Shown here one piece after another: positions 32,786 to 47,557 of a stretch of DNA of 64,000 bases; the first letter of the stretch is position 1; each line of letters begins with the position of its first letter. The translations under genes were made by a program, and so were the position numbers. The DNA comes from Eledone cirrhosa (lineage: Eukaryota): the NCBI GenBank assembly GCA_964016885.1, contig OZ024741.1, forward strand, positions 74,090,001 to 74,154,000. The letters are read 5' to 3'. The notes under the pieces were generated by a model, which had not been told where the DNA came from, made no database searches, and saw only the letters and a list, made by a program, of their open reading frames with translations.

Positions 32786-35700
32786 ATTTACGTTCTGAGT
32801 TCAAACCCCGCCGACCTCAACCTTGCCTTTCATCCTTATGGGCTCGATAAAATAAAGTACCAGTAATGCACTGGGATCGATTTAATCGACTTCCCCTCCC
32901 CCAAAATATTGATGGCCTTGTGCCTAAAGTAGAAACAATTATTTCTTAATAACTAGAAATCATTCTACTGATTGATACATTATTACAGAATTAAGCCTCC
33001 ATAATCTTTCTACTGTTTTTCTTAATATACTTTATTAATGTTATTAAAATTGGTTGTTACTTCAATAATAAGTATTATTAAATTTATATGCTCTAATTTT
33101 GTTCCTATAATGTTTATTTGAGTATAATATACGTACATTAGTTTTTAAGTCAAACTAATTACTGCATGGTATATTTATTACAAATAAAATTTAATTTGTG
33201 TGTTTAGTCTTCCATAAGTTTTAACGTTTTTCCGACTATATTTTAAACTTTTTTACATTTTCGAAATGGAGATGTTCGGACATGCGGTTGGTAAATAATT
33301 AGGTTTATAATATTGTTTAATGCTTCTGGGGAATTCAGTGCAGAGGAATAAAATGGTAATTCCTACTGTAAGAAACGTTAGTAAATTTATTAAATAATTG
33401 AATGTAATTTGGTCCTGGTTATTTTCATTCATTTTATATGCTCTGTGATGTAAACTACAGCGACTGGAAATTTACTAATTGGATTAAATTCTGAACTGTC
33501 TTTTACTTATCTTACTATTAAAGTTAAAAAGTTAAAGGCTGTTTCAAGCCAGAAGGCTTGTTATGCCGGTACTTATCCCGGTTTAATGACATGAAGCGAT
33601 AGAGAGTACAAGACTCATCACTGGATAGGACACCAGTCCATCGCAGAGTTATTGTTGGTACTCATTTTCAGCTGAGTATACTCGAACAACGTGAAATGAA
33701 ATGTTTTGCTCAAGAACACAACACGCAACCCAGCACAAGAATCGGACCCATGACATTATGATCGCAAGTCCAATACCTTTACCACTAGACCACGCGTCTC
33801 TGCTGTGGACTATAAAATCCCATTTGAATTATTCTTTGCTTTATCAACTCATCTAAACTTCTTTATATGTATAGAATATACTTTCTATAAAAGCAAAAGG
33901 AAAATCAATCGTAGAAAATCACACAGAAGTGATATTAGAGTTATTTCCCTTGCAATCGTCTTTCAATCTGCTAGAAATTACAGCAGTCTCTCCACATTTA
34001 AAAATTTACGCACAAGTCCAACAATGTTTTTTTTTAGGGTGTGGTGGTGGTGCGGGCAATTAAATCGATCCACAGTGTATTAGTGGTACTTTATTTTATT
34101 TGGACGAAAGACAAAGCTAACTCCGGTGGGATTTGATCTGAGAACGTACTAGGGCGTAACTCTATGCCACAAAGCATGTCGGACTCTCTACCGATACTGC
34201 CCCCTCCCACATTTTAAAATAATGAATGATAGGTTCGACGAATTAGTTTTAGATACTTATATAAATAAAGATACAGCTGGAATGTAGCATTCCACTAAGC
34301 CGAAACAAAGAGCACCATAGGTACGTGACGGTTAACTCCTGCAGCAGTTTGGTGTCCAGCCCATGTTAGCAGGAGGTTCTTTTCATGATAGGACTGGAGC
34401 TCCTTTTATTAAAACATCAGAGAAATCTCCTAAGACATACAACATGTTGAAAGACAACAAGTTGTACATAAATATATTTCATTTAATTTTAAATAGAGTG
34501 AATAAGTCACAGTAAGCTCTCAGTTTAACCGATTCCAATGTATTGGATTTCAGATTAATGGACAAATTAATAATAATTTTTACTTTAGGCACAAAACCAG
34601 TAATTCTGGGGAGGGCTTGTTTTATCGATCCCAAAAGGATGAAGGGTAAAGCTGATATCGGTGGGATATGAAGTGAAGATGTAATGAGCTGGAAAATTAC
34701 TGCTATGCATTTGTCCGACGCTCTAACCACTCTGCCAATCCACTGCACGAACGGATGTAATAGTGGTTTCTGATTTAGGTGCAAGGCCAACAATTTTAGG
34801 GGAGGGTAAGTCGATTAAATTGACTTCAGTGTGGCACTGGTACTTTGCGACCTCGTAAGGATGAAAGACAAAACTCCTGAGCGGGATTTGAACTCAGAAT
34901 GTAAAAAAGCATAACTATAAGCTGCTAAGCATGTCTGACACTCTACTAATATTGCCAATCTACCAGCTTACTAACAAATGAAATACTAGTAAGTAAATCA
35001 GAATCGATGAACAAGCAATCTGTGCAGACACACCTATATAACTCAGGCTTTGGGTTATGTTTTGGAGCTTCTTTCTTGTCAAGCCACTGGAAAGATCTCT
35101 TTGTGTTGTTATAGGACAGGGGCATACAACAGGTGGCCCATGGGCCACAATCTGGCCCACCAGACCAGTGTGGCCCACAATGACTGTTTTTAAATTTTAC
35201 CTTGTAGGCTTATTTATAATTTTTTTCGTAATCATAATACAATTTTCTGTTAGTTGACCTATACTAAAGGGCTTCACTGATAGGGTTATGTGTGTTATAA
35301 TTTCCCAATTCCATATTATGGAAAGAAGTTGTGGTGAATCTTTGGAATAGTGCTTAATAAATATTAATGGCCCTAATAGTTGTTCCAATGTTCAAAAGTG
35401 GCCTGCCAATGGAATATGTTGCACACCCTGGTGTAGAGTATTCGTTTTTCATGACATTACAATTCATTTAAGGAATGAGTCAGAGTGGTCCATGAGTGAC
35501 TGTAAGTTAATCAGCCAAGTGGCTGTTGTCTGTGTGCAGTCTAGGATGTTTATGTGAGTAAAAGTAGCAATGTTCACGTGTTGTTGAGTAATGTTCCACT
35601 GTGGGTCACACTTGAGCCTTGGGGTTCAATCTTAGCAAAGGACTTACCAATTAATTTGACAAATTGTTAAGTTCTTTGCTGAGATTGAACCTTTTATAAA

Positions 35701-38700
35701 TTTGTATTCCTGTGGATGTTGTATGTTACTCAATGGGTAAAGATCCCCTTCAGTCACGAATGACCATGGATTTACATCTAGAAAGTTCCCCTCCAAAGCA
35801 CAAGTCCGGACAAGGTTGTTTGTGGAAGACCACACCATCGATGTTGTGCAAGGGAAAGGCAATGGCTAATACAGCTTGGCACCAGTGATGTCAAAACTCA
35901 TTTCTACAGCTCGGCAAACTGGAGCAATGGGAAATAAAGTGTCTTGATCAAGGACACAACCTTATGATTGTAAGCCTGACGCTATAACCACTAAGCTATG
36001 TGCCTTCACAGTTACTCAATAGAAAATACAATTAAATGGATCATTTTTGACTGAAGTGAAAAACATTTTAAATTTTACAATTTGCCAAGTTTTAGTGGAG
36101 ACTCTAATTTTGATTTAGGTCATCACCATCATCGACGTTTTTACGTTCTTTTCCATGATAGCATGGGTTGGATAGGGTGTTTTGAATCAATGTTTTACAG
36201 TCAGACACCCTCATGATGTCAAGCCTTTTAGTAACCTAATTAGTTTCACTGGCATTTACAAAACAAAAGCTGACATATTTATGATCAGTAAAGCTTTATT
36301 TGTCTCTTCTAATAACTATGTATAACTGTATTTTCACTTGTTAAATTCATAGAACCCTTCAAAAATGTGTTATATATATTCTTAAAATAGTTAGGATCAC
36401 ATCCCTGCTTTAGAAAATATTTCAAGAACCAACAATTACTGACCCTATACAAGGCATAAGTGAGACCAACAATGGAGTACTGTCATATGCTAGGAATATT
36501 TCCTCCATTTTGCCTCTGTGTATGGAGTTGAAAGCCTTTCAGAAATCGACAAGTTGAACTGCTTTGAGATTTTTTGCTTGAACTCCCTCTAGGATTCACT
36601 GAACAGTAAAAATGAGTGAGGACGTAAATTTATTCTTGTGGAAACCATTTTGGTTCTTCCTCAACAACTTTTGAATGACAGGGTGCATGCAATTGAGAAG
36701 CATTGCATTATAAATCTTGGTGCTGTAGCCATCGGGGTAATTCCACCCAGGTCATCTTTCTTTCAATATGGCTTTGATAGTAAACAGCATGGCAGAATTG
36801 CAGAAGAATATCATCAAATTTTCTTGTCTTCCATACCTTGGGAGGAATTCATCCAGTCTAGCTGCCTTTCTGCTTTTTACTGACTCCATAACTGTTTCTA
36901 GTTCATCTTTAGAGGATGCTCCCAGCCGAATGTGTAGTTGACAGTGAATAATATTTTTGATTGGATTAATTGTGATCTCAGGTGGCTTTCCAAGAAGATG
37001 TTTGAAGTGAACTCTCCTCAATTTTGCAGCAAATATAAAAATATTGTTGGTGCACACAAGAAAGCTGCTGCTGAGTGCATTATGATAAAGCCAAATGTCA
37101 AACACAGAGTCACCATGGGAATCAAAAGGAGTTATGAGAATGGAGAAGCTCTTAAAAGGGCATCGAAAATGATCAGGAGCATTCCACTAAAGCTAATATC
37201 AGAAAGTGCACCAAAACACAGAAATAAGTTGTTTCTATTTACCAAAAGGAGCACGAGGACTATATACAAAGGTAAATAGAAAATATCAAGATTTCTGTTG
37301 AGAGCAAACAATCCTTGATGGCATGGAAGGCAGTAAACAAAGTTACAGGCAGAAAAGGCTCTTCAATATCCAAGCTAAAAGCCATAAGTGAGATAATAAT
37401 AATAAAAATAATGGTTTCTTATATAGGCACAAAACCAACAATTTTAGGGGAGGGGAAAGTCGATAATAAATTAACCCCAGTGTGTGACTGGTACTTTATT
37501 TTATCGACCCTGTAAGGATGAAAGGTAAAGTTAAACTCGGCAGGATTTGAACTCAGATCATAAAGGGTCGTAACTCTATGTTGCAAAGCATCGTGTCCGA
37601 CCCTCTACCGATATTGCCAATCCACTGCCCTCTAATAATAAAAATAATGCAATTGAAATGTAAGACATTTTAAGTGAATCAAAATAAATAATAATAATAT
37701 CATCATTTTAAAATGAGTTGTCTCTGCCTGAATCAGTTCTTACTTGGAGCTACAAGTACAAGAAGAAGAAGAACAACAACAAAATGAAAACAAAATAATA
37801 ACTTAGAAAAAAGAATTCTTGCAATCTAGCTTGTTGTGTAAATTTATTGGGTGAAAATAATTACATTCATCAATGATCAATCAATCAATACAAGTTATAA
37901 ATATTCAAAGAAAAAGAAAATAATAACAACAACAACAAACCCACAAAGGCAGGTGTTTCTGGTGGAATGTTGTAACAGTAACTCTGACATGGTCAGTACA
38001 GTGCTGGTCAGTGCTTTTTTTGTTTTGCTTTTGTCTTTTTTTTATATAATTTTTATTTATTTATTTTTAGGGGAAATTTCACAGGAAGAATATATTTACT
38101 CCAGTAGGACATAAGTGTGCGCTAGCAGAAGGCTAGGAGTGTTTGTTGGTTTAAAGAGAAAAAAAATAACAACATAATAAAAAAACAAACAAAAAAACAT
38201 CAGATTAGAAATCAAAAAGAAAGAAGCTGATCATCAGATCAGACCAAGGAAACAATGTTTCCATTGATCTTTTCATTGCTGATACTGTCTGCCAGGTTGC
38301 AACATCTGGCAGGAGGTGGGATTTGAACTCAGAATGCACAGATCTAGAACAGATACAGCTAAGCAGCAGCTTGCCCTACTCATGAAGCAATTCTGCCAAT
38401 CCACCACCCCTTGGATTGGTACTTTATTTATCAACACCACAATGAAAGGATGACAGGCAAAGTTAACCATGTTGGTATTTGAACTCAGAAAAAGTGAGCC
38501 AGTGCAAATACCAAGGTATTTAATCTAAAGACTCTGTCAATTTGACGTCTATGTAGAAATCAGCCAGAAAAAGAGAAAATTCTACTGTTCAATCTAGAGC
38601 AGTACAAACGACAGAGTCATACATTGAGTTCCTCACCATCCCTTGATCTACTTCATTGTCAATATTAACTTAAAAAAATATATATATCATTATGATAACA

Positions 38701-39038
38701 CATACATAAAAAAAAGAGAAAAAATAGCCAGTGGATTCTTCATATTCTTTTCATTGCAATAATAATTTCTAATTTAAGCACAAGGCCAGCAATTTGGGCT
38801 GAGGGCAAATTCGATAATATTGACCCCCAGTACTTGACAGGTACTTTATTTTATCAACCCTAGAAGGATGAAAGGTGAAGATAACATTGGCAAGATTTGA
38901 AATCAGAATATAAAGAACCAGAACAATTACCACAAAATATTTTGTTAAAAAATTCAATGATTCTGCCAATTCACCATTTTTTTTATATACATGTATGTGT
39001 GTATATACACACACACACACATATATATATATATACAC

Positions 39039-39575
39039 ATATTGTTATGCTTTGGGAGGGTCATGTTGCCAATAAGAAACACACGCACCAGTTGCTTTCA
39101 CTCCAATTTATTATAGATTTCCGGTTGGTTGGTTGGTTCCATAACCAGACGGTTGTTCATATATTGTCAAAGTTCTTTCGTCACACATTCTGTGACCTCT
39201 TCAGTTACTGGGGATTCTTTTCTTTGTTTTTGTGCCTCTACTTTGTTCTGTCCTACGCCATCTTGTTTTGTGTATGTTCAACACACACAAAAACAAGATG
39301 CCGTAGGACAGAACAAAGGAGAGGCACAAAAACAAAGAAAAGAATCCCCAGTAACTGAAGAGGTCACAGAATGTGTGACGAAAGAACTTTGACAATATAT
39401 GAACAACCGTCTGATTATGGAACCAACCAACCAACCGGAAATTTATAATAAATTGGAGTGAAAGCAACTGGTGCGTGTGTTTCTTATTGGCAACATGACC
39501 CTCCCAAAGCATAACAATATCGGTTTCAACACACGTTTTCAAATAAAGAATCTTGCTAAACAAATTCAGAAACGA
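39039..39575. mobile_element. About 480-bp near-perfect palindrome plus unpaired tail; probable Penelope-like element remnant
   Basis: Arms about 39039-39273 and 39284-39520; tail CGGTTTCAACACACGTTTTC shared with about 51660 and 52272; hammerhead motif in each arm; flanked by (TA/CA)n. Confidence 0.65.
39351..39393 (+). ncRNA. Candidate minimal type I hammerhead ribozyme (mirror copy on minus strand at 39166-39208)
   Basis: CTGAAGA-G-GTCACA-gaatg-TGTGAC-GAAA-GAAC-TT-TGAC: core boxes flank a 6-bp stem II; stem III is very short. Confidence 0.55.
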
Positions 39576-39904
39576 AATATATACACATATATATATATAC
39601 ATATCCGTCTAATCCATGCTAGTGTAGAAGAGAGACATTAAATGATGATAATATATATATATACATATCATACTTAAAGGTATAAATTTAATTATTACCC
39701 AAACTAGCTATGCGTGGTTACACGCTTGTAAAAATTATCTCCTGTGATTATTCATGTATATTTATATGTTAATCAATTTCTAGTTATTATAAAATGCTCG
39801 GATATATCTTTGAGCTTATTTCCAGGCGATATGGCACATGCCGTTATGACATGACACCCACAATTTCGATTTGGATTAAATTCATTTAATTTATCTTAAT
39901 TTTG

Positions 39905-40019
39905 GATATAGATATATATATATACACACATATATATATATATACACACATATACATATATATATACACACATATATATATATATGTATATACACACACA
40001 CATATATATATACACACAC

Positions 40020-40052
<33 letters not shown>

Positions 40053-40086
40053 CATATATATACACATATATATATGTGTATATATA

Positions 40087-40129
<43 letters not shown>

Positions 40130-40255
40130 TTATATATACATATGTATATATATACACATATGTATATATATATATATATATACATACATATGTGTATATA
40201 TATATATATATATACATACATATGTGTGTGTATATATATATATATATATATAAAT
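39905..40255. repeat. Compound (TA)n/(CA)n microsatellite; similar tracts throughout 42300-54620
   Basis: Dinucleotide tracts that generate the spurious YI/IY ORFs. Confidence 0.95.
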
Positions 40256-40542
40256 ATAAGCAAAGGGATATTTAATTTGTTGGTAATTCAACAAATATAT
40301 ATATTTATAACTGATTCGAAGCACTCGGCAGGTTTTCTGGAGTATAATATCAATGATATTCATAAATGGAAACTGTATTTATAAAACCATATTTATTCTA
40401 TTATATATATTTCAAGGGTACCAAAACTTTGGTATCCTCTCATCAGATAAAATACGAAGTTTGTTTTATAAATATTGGCATATCCAGGAACGAGATCTTA
40501 ACGGTTCAAGTTTTACCTGGACAGGACAGGTAAAACTTGAAC

Positions 40543-40978
40543 ATGGCTTAGAGGTTAGAGCATTGGCCTTGCAATCGAAAGGTTGTGAGTTCAATTCTCA
40601 GACCGGGTGATGTGTTGTTTCCTTGAGCAAGACACGTTATTTCACATTGCTCCAGTTTACTCAGCTGTAGAAATGAGATGATAGGGACTGGGGTCCCTAT
40701 CATTCCATGCAAAGTGGTCGTGGAGGTGCCACAGCAAAAAGTACCCAGCCCACACTGTAAAGTGGACGTGTAGGCACCACGGAAAAAAAGCACCCAGCAC
40801 TCACTGTAAATGAGGTTGGTGTTAGGAAGGGCATCCAGCTGTAGAAATCAAGCCAAAATCAGTTCCTGTATGAGCAAGGCATGGTCAGCCGACCAGACAC
40901 TGCCCACAACAGGACAACCCGTCTAACCCATGCTAGCATGGAAGAACGGACGTAAAACGGTGATGATGATGATGATGA
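40543..40978 (+). mobile_element. Near full-length tRNA-derived SINE (family A), (GAT)n tail
   Basis: tRNA-like head with A/B boxes (TGGCTTAGAGG..GAGTTCAATTC), CCTTGAGCAAGACAC core, GGTTGGTGTTAGGAAGGGCATCCAGC body, (GAT)n tail. Confidence 0.8.
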
Positions 40979-41034
40979 TATATATATATATATACATATG
41001 TATGTGTATATATGTATGTGTATATATATATATA

Positions 41035-42303
41035 TATGTTAATATATTTCTCTGGGACACCGTAGAGTCTTACAATCTTCCACAATGACTCCTGATAAAC
41101 ACTGTTGAAAGCTTTCCTGAAGTCAATGTAGTTGACAACAAGGGAATTGTGGAACTCCTGACATTGTTCAATGATATTTCGGAGAGTGAAGATCTCCTCT
41201 GAACAAGACCTTCCACTGCGGAAGCCAGCCTGGTCGTCTCGAAGATGACGATCTACTTCTGCTCTCAGCCGGTTCAGGATGACTGTGCAGAATACCTTCC
41301 CTGGCACTGTTAGCAACATGATACCTCTTCAGGTCGCTGTACCGACATTCCAGGTGCTGCATTAGGACAAGGGACGGAAACACGGAAATGTTCGACAAGG
41401 CTGCATCCTTTCGCCTCTCCTTTTCCTCATTGTCATCGATTTCATCATGAAGAAGATAATGAGTGACCCTCGTTTTGGCATCAGTTGGGATGGAAGGAGA
41501 TTAAGCGACCTGGACTTTGCCGATGACATCGCAGTGATATGCCATTCCCGAGAAGACCTGCAAGAGATGACAAACGTTCTAAATGACAATGCAGAGAAAG
41601 TTGGACTGCTCATCAGTTGTGAAAAAACCTAGACCATGTCGACAGGTGACCCTCGAAATCCTCACATCATGGTTGGTCAGCGTAACATTGAATGTGTAAA
41701 CCACTTCCAATACCTTGGCAGCAACATCTCTGACGATGGAGATGCTGAGGTGGATGTGCGCACAAGGTTGGGAAAAGCAACGGCAGTCTTCCAGCGACTC
41801 CGTCCGGTATGGTCCAGGTGTTCCATCGGCAACGCCGTCAAACTCCGTGTTTACATGTCCATTGTAGTACCAACAGCGATATATGCCTGTGAGACATGGA
41901 AGAGTACGGAAAGTGTATGTAACAAGCTTGATGTATTCCACCGTCGTTGCATTTGGACCATATTGAAAATTTCATGGAGAGACCAAGTTAGCAATGAGGA
42001 AGTGATGAGGAGGTCAGGATTGGAGAGGTTAAGGGACATTGTCCGAAAAAGGAGACGGCGGTTCGCGGGCCACATCCTTCATTTGCCGGCAGATCGACCT
42101 GCTCATATTGCCATGGATTGGGTACCAGAAGGTGGCAGAAGAGAACGGGGAAGACCACAAAAAACATGGTGGAGCACATTGAGGGAGGACCTGCGGGAGA
42201 TGGGAATTACCTGGAGAGGTGCTAGAAGGGCCGCCAGTGACAGGATAAAGTGGAGGAAACTCGTCGCCCAAGGGACTGGAGGAACTAAGAACTAAGACTA
42301 AGA
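41035..42303 (+). mobile_element. RTE (BovB-like) LINE 3' part with an inverted 5' segment, inserted in (TA)n
   Basis: Minus strand 41035-41328 encodes RGIMLLTVPGKVF..QAGFRSGRSC..IDFRKAF..KYINI; plus strand 41328-42295 encodes FRSLY..RQGCILSP..LDFADD..FQYLGS..AGHILH..GRPQKTW; (ACTAAG)n tail. Confidence 0.88.
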
Positions 42304-42312
42304 TATATATAT

Positions 42313-42378
<66 letters not shown>

Positions 42379-42553
42379 ATATATATATATATAATATATG
42401 TATATATGTGTATGTAAAAGGTAAACAGAAATAACAACACAATCGGTACAGTATATGGAAGGTTAATGCTTGATATAGCAGGAAGTATGTATATGTGTAT
42501 GTATATGTATATATATATATATATATACATACATACATACATACATACATATG

Positions 42554-42584
<31 letters not shown>

Positions 42585-42622
42585 TGATGATGATGATGAC
42601 ATACATATGTATATATATATAT

Positions 42623-42706
42623 ATAGGAAAAAGTATGACCCCGACGGCAGAGCTCAAGCCGTTTCGACGGCTTGAGCTCTGCCGTCGGGGTCATACTTTT
42701 TCCTAT
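42623..42706. repeat. Perfect 40-bp inverted repeat with TTCG loop
   Basis: ATAGGAAAAAGTATGACCCCGACGGCAGAGCTCAAGCCGT-TTCG-reverse complement. Confidence 0.9.
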
Positions 42707-42826
42707 TTACCACTCTACTACCCTAAGTATTGAGTACTCTGGGGCGTTATGGTCCATCTGGTTTTTTACCACAGTTTCTTTGTTATATATATATATATAC
42801 ATACATACATATGTATATATATATAC

Positions 42827-42927
<101 letters not shown>

Positions 42928-43233
42928 TATATATATATACGTAATCCTGGTATGCGTATATGCATTTTTTCTTCTAACTTTAATTTTATACCTAATTGTG
43001 TATGGTTGACGGTATATTTAATCGATTTCCCCGTGCTATTGAAATGTTGGGTAAATATTCTATAGCAGTTGGTTGTGAAGAGATTGCTGTCATTTATTTA
43101 TCTACTATTTCTTCCTAGGTGCCTTTTAATCTCATAGCCTGGTCTATTTGATTTTTGTGTGGTTAATTATGCTAATTGGGAGAGGAAATGGTGTATATAT
43201 ATTATCAAATGATTCTATGGACATACTTTATAG

Positions 43234-43267
<34 letters not shown>

Positions 43268-44189
43268 TATATATACATACTCCAGAAATAGCTGTCGAAA
43301 CAGCTTGAGCTCTGCCATTGGGGTCTTGAACATTTTCCTATATATATATATATATATATATAAATATATATATTATGCAATAAAAAATAAATCATTCTTC
43401 TTATCATTAATAATAATAATTTTAATAAGAGGGATTTCTAACATAGGCACAAAACCTCAAATTCAATGGGAAAATGAAGGTGTATAGTGGATTATTTTGT
43501 TGATTAACATTTAGTAGCTTGTCTAGACGAGTAATTTATTTTATTGAGCAACCTTCAGCCTATTTTGCAAAAGAATGAAAGGCAAGGTCAACCTTGGCTA
43601 AATGTGATTCGAACTCAGAATTTTAACGAGACAACAAAATATCGCTGGGATATTTTGTTCAATGCTCTTGTGATTCTGCCAATCCACTGCTTAATTCAAT
43701 AGTAATAATAAGTGTGCATTATAGTATCAGAATTCAATCAGCATATGTAACATGGTGGCAAATTTCACTGGCATATTAGTATACAGAACAAACCAATCAT
43801 TTGACCACTTAGGCTTTGCAGTTTTTGTCAACGAATCATTCTTCCGCCTATAACACGCAATTGACATTAGAGCAGCATTGCAAAATTGCCAACTAGCAAA
43901 AAGCTTTTCAGTCCCCAACTGCAGTTTAGCTCGAGTTTGAGAAGCTTTATTGCTGTCACACTGCTCCAACACATAGCACAATTTATGCTATCCATGACAA
44001 GTTTATCAAAACAGGATCTACTCTTGACAAACCATGTAGCAGAAGATCAGCTACTGCTACCATTGATGGAAACACTGAACTCCTGGTGTAGACATTTGCA
44101 TAAAGCAAGTAAAAGTCCATCCAGAGTGCTGCATTTGAACTCAGAACCAACAAAAGCTCAATTCGGCAGATGTTTTGGAGAGTGATAAA

Positions 44190-44577
44190 GCTCTACATGT
44201 ACTGAGTTCAGGTTGCTCAAATGCTTCAAGTGGAAGATTATGATGTTGAAATGTGTGAATCACTCCTCCACCATTATCAAAACAACCCTCAACTTTTCGA
44301 AAACTTGTGGTTCAGTGATGAGTTGATCTTTCATCTTTCTGGTCAGGTAAACCAACATAAATGTTGAACTTGGGGTGGCTGAAGGTTGTCGAAAATGGAG
44401 GCGCACATGTGGAGGTACACAGCTAGTTGTCAAGGCATTGAAACATGATAGCAAGTTTAGCGAGAAAAAAACTGCAATGACTCCTTTGTTGATGCCCAAA
44501 ATATGAATAAACTCAATTTCTTGTGTAATTTTTAAGAGTTAAAAAAAAGTGTATAGTGACCTTTGGGACATCCTGTA
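44190..44577 (+). mobile_element. Tc1/mariner remnant
   Basis: LWFSDE..FHLSGQVN..WG transposase motif and TIR-like end GACCTTTGGGACATCCTGTA. Confidence 0.6.
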
Positions 44578-45188
44578 TATATAATCATGTATGTGTACAT
44601 ATATATATATATGTGTGAGTGTGTGTGTATAAATATATACACATGTGCAAGTATATATATATATATTTTTCTTTATAAACTCTGATGTTCCAACCTCTTT
44701 TTTGCTTTCTCTCTCCAAACTCTCCATTTCCTGAAAAAGGACTTATGTCCAAAATATCAAACCCTTTTCTACTTCCTCCGAAACATCATACTAATAAGAC
44801 TTTGTGTTTTTGCATCTCTTTGTCTTGTCATTTCTAGAACGACACATACACAAATATATATATATACCACTGAATATTCAGTTATGCTACAATGTTGGTG
44901 TAACAGACAAATACAAATAAGAAGAGGTTGTTGTCGTATTAATCAGTTAGTAAGTGAGTTAGTTGGTTTGTTGTGGAAAAAAGCAGTGCGATAGGAGACA
45001 ATATAAAAAAAAAATTATAATAAAAGCATTGGTTGTTTTGCCAAAATGTGCTTTTAGATTAAAAAAAAAAAAAATACAGATATGCGTACTGGCAGTAAAA
45101 AAAATTATTTCTTGTTAATATAACATTTTATTTTCATCTTTTGATAAAAAAAAATGTGAGAGGGGGCAAACATTTAATAAAAAAAATT

Positions 45189-45234
<46 letters not shown>

Positions 45235-46163
45235 GAGAATTTAAATCGATTTGTTGACATAGAGGCCAACGTGAATTATTTGATTTCACTACCTATGGAA
45301 TTGCTCGACAACAGGTAAGATCATGAGCAGAAATTAGCCTTGGAGCATATCATATTGATTCGTTCATAGGACAGCAGTACCCATGTGGAACGAACAGGTA
45401 GATACCGATCAAAGAAAACATAAGAATTCCAACAGTTTAACAAAGAAAGTGTTGAGATACTTACAGATTCCTCTTCACCTATATATATAGAGAGAGGTAA
45501 CAAAAGTTTTCACAAAGGAAAAAAAAAACATAAAAATATTTTGTTAGACCAAATTTAATTTTTGTTTATAGATGAAATATTTTTTTTAATTTGTAAAAAT
45601 AAAAATACCAAAGAAAATTGTTAGGAAAAAAAAGCCAAACCCCACCAAAAGGAAAACGAAGATTGTATTTCTTCAATTCTTTTTTTGTTTTATATTTACT
45701 TATATATATATATTATTTTTGCAAGATATGTAAATTGGTGACTTGGAGACAAGAATCATGAGCTTATATCTACAGTGTAGGACTGGGGTGGTTAGGGGAA
45801 GGAAAAGGGGGTAAATGGGTGAAAGGGAAATCACAATGTTTCATGGGGAAATCATTTACAAAGTTATAAAATACACAGGGACCGCATAGGCCGATATTAT
45901 GGGAGGAGGAGGTTTTATAGCTAAACATAATAATCAACGTTTATGTGAATATATGTCTATGTATAAATGCATTCATACACACATATATATTTATAGATCT
46001 CTTTCTCTCTCTCTATATATATAATTCATCATATATATATATATATACATATATACATGATAAATTATGCTATACGCTACTGTACTAAGTCCTTTATTTG
46101 AGTGAAAATCTTCCTAAAAAATATATATATATAATTTTCGTCGTGGATCACAAATAATAATAG

Positions 46164-46234
<71 letters not shown>

Positions 46235-46335
46235 ATATATATATATATATACCTCTGATTTTTGGATGGATTGCAATATTTAAAAAAAAAAAATAATTCA
46301 TTTAGTTTCAACAGAAATTAAATGAATTACTGTTA

Positions 46336-46370
<35 letters not shown>

Positions 46371-46649
46371 CATTTGTGTAATATTCAGCAAATTGTTTTC
46401 AAAATAAGAAGCTATAGATATAAAGACAGAGTTACAGCAGAAGAAGTTTTGTTTGAAGAAATGTTTTAAAAAAATCACTCAATCTTGATTCTTTAAAAAA
46501 TCAATATTCCATTGAACAATCAATATATATGATACTTTTGGTGAAAATAAAAATGACAACATTGGATAGGTCTTTTTGTTTTGTTTTTCTTTTTTCAAAA
46601 AATATTTTCAAATAGAATATTTTTTAACCAGTAGGCGTGATTATGCACA

Positions 46650-46718
<69 letters not shown>

Positions 46719-46891
46719 TAAATATGTGTGTGTGTCAAAATGTAAAAGTTTATACAATGATTGTGCAGAGTCAGAGTTTATACCAAAAACAGTAACACAT
46801 TAAGACAATTCAAAAAAATTTAGTTCTTACGACATAGATACATACATCTATGTATATACATCATCTCCATCATGAACACATATACACACAC

Positions 46892-47056
<165 letters not shown>

Positions 47057-47523
47057 GTATATATATGTATGTATGTAAGCGTGTATCTATCCATCTGTAT
47101 ATATATATATATATATACTCACACATGTACACAAACACACACTCAAATATATATACCTAGACGTCTACAGTTAAATCAGTAGTGATTGAATGATTTTGCT
47201 TTTTTCATAGATGACATTTTAATTGACTGAATTAACACCTTTAAATATTTTTTAACCCATTCAAACCATATAACTCATAAGAAGGAGCAGAGGGCGTTTT
47301 GTTATAAATATACTATATATTATAAATACTTTTACCACCACTGACCATCACAGACGAATATTATTTAAGAAAATTGAGTAAATTCAGCAATTGATACAGA
47401 AAGGATATATTTTTTCTCAAGAATTAAAATATTTTATGTAAAGAAAACCTTTGTTCGGAGAATCTGAGTGAATTTTATTGAGCCACAATGGAAGACGAAA
47501 TAAATAAGTAGATAACAATGAAG

Positions 47524-47557
<34 letters not shown>

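Noticed and set aside
39129-39602. Mirror-image ORFs on both strands
   Set aside because: Artefact of the palindrome; no protein features.
40543-40612. tRNA gene
   Set aside because: It is the tRNA-derived head of a SINE and continues directly into the SINE core and tail.
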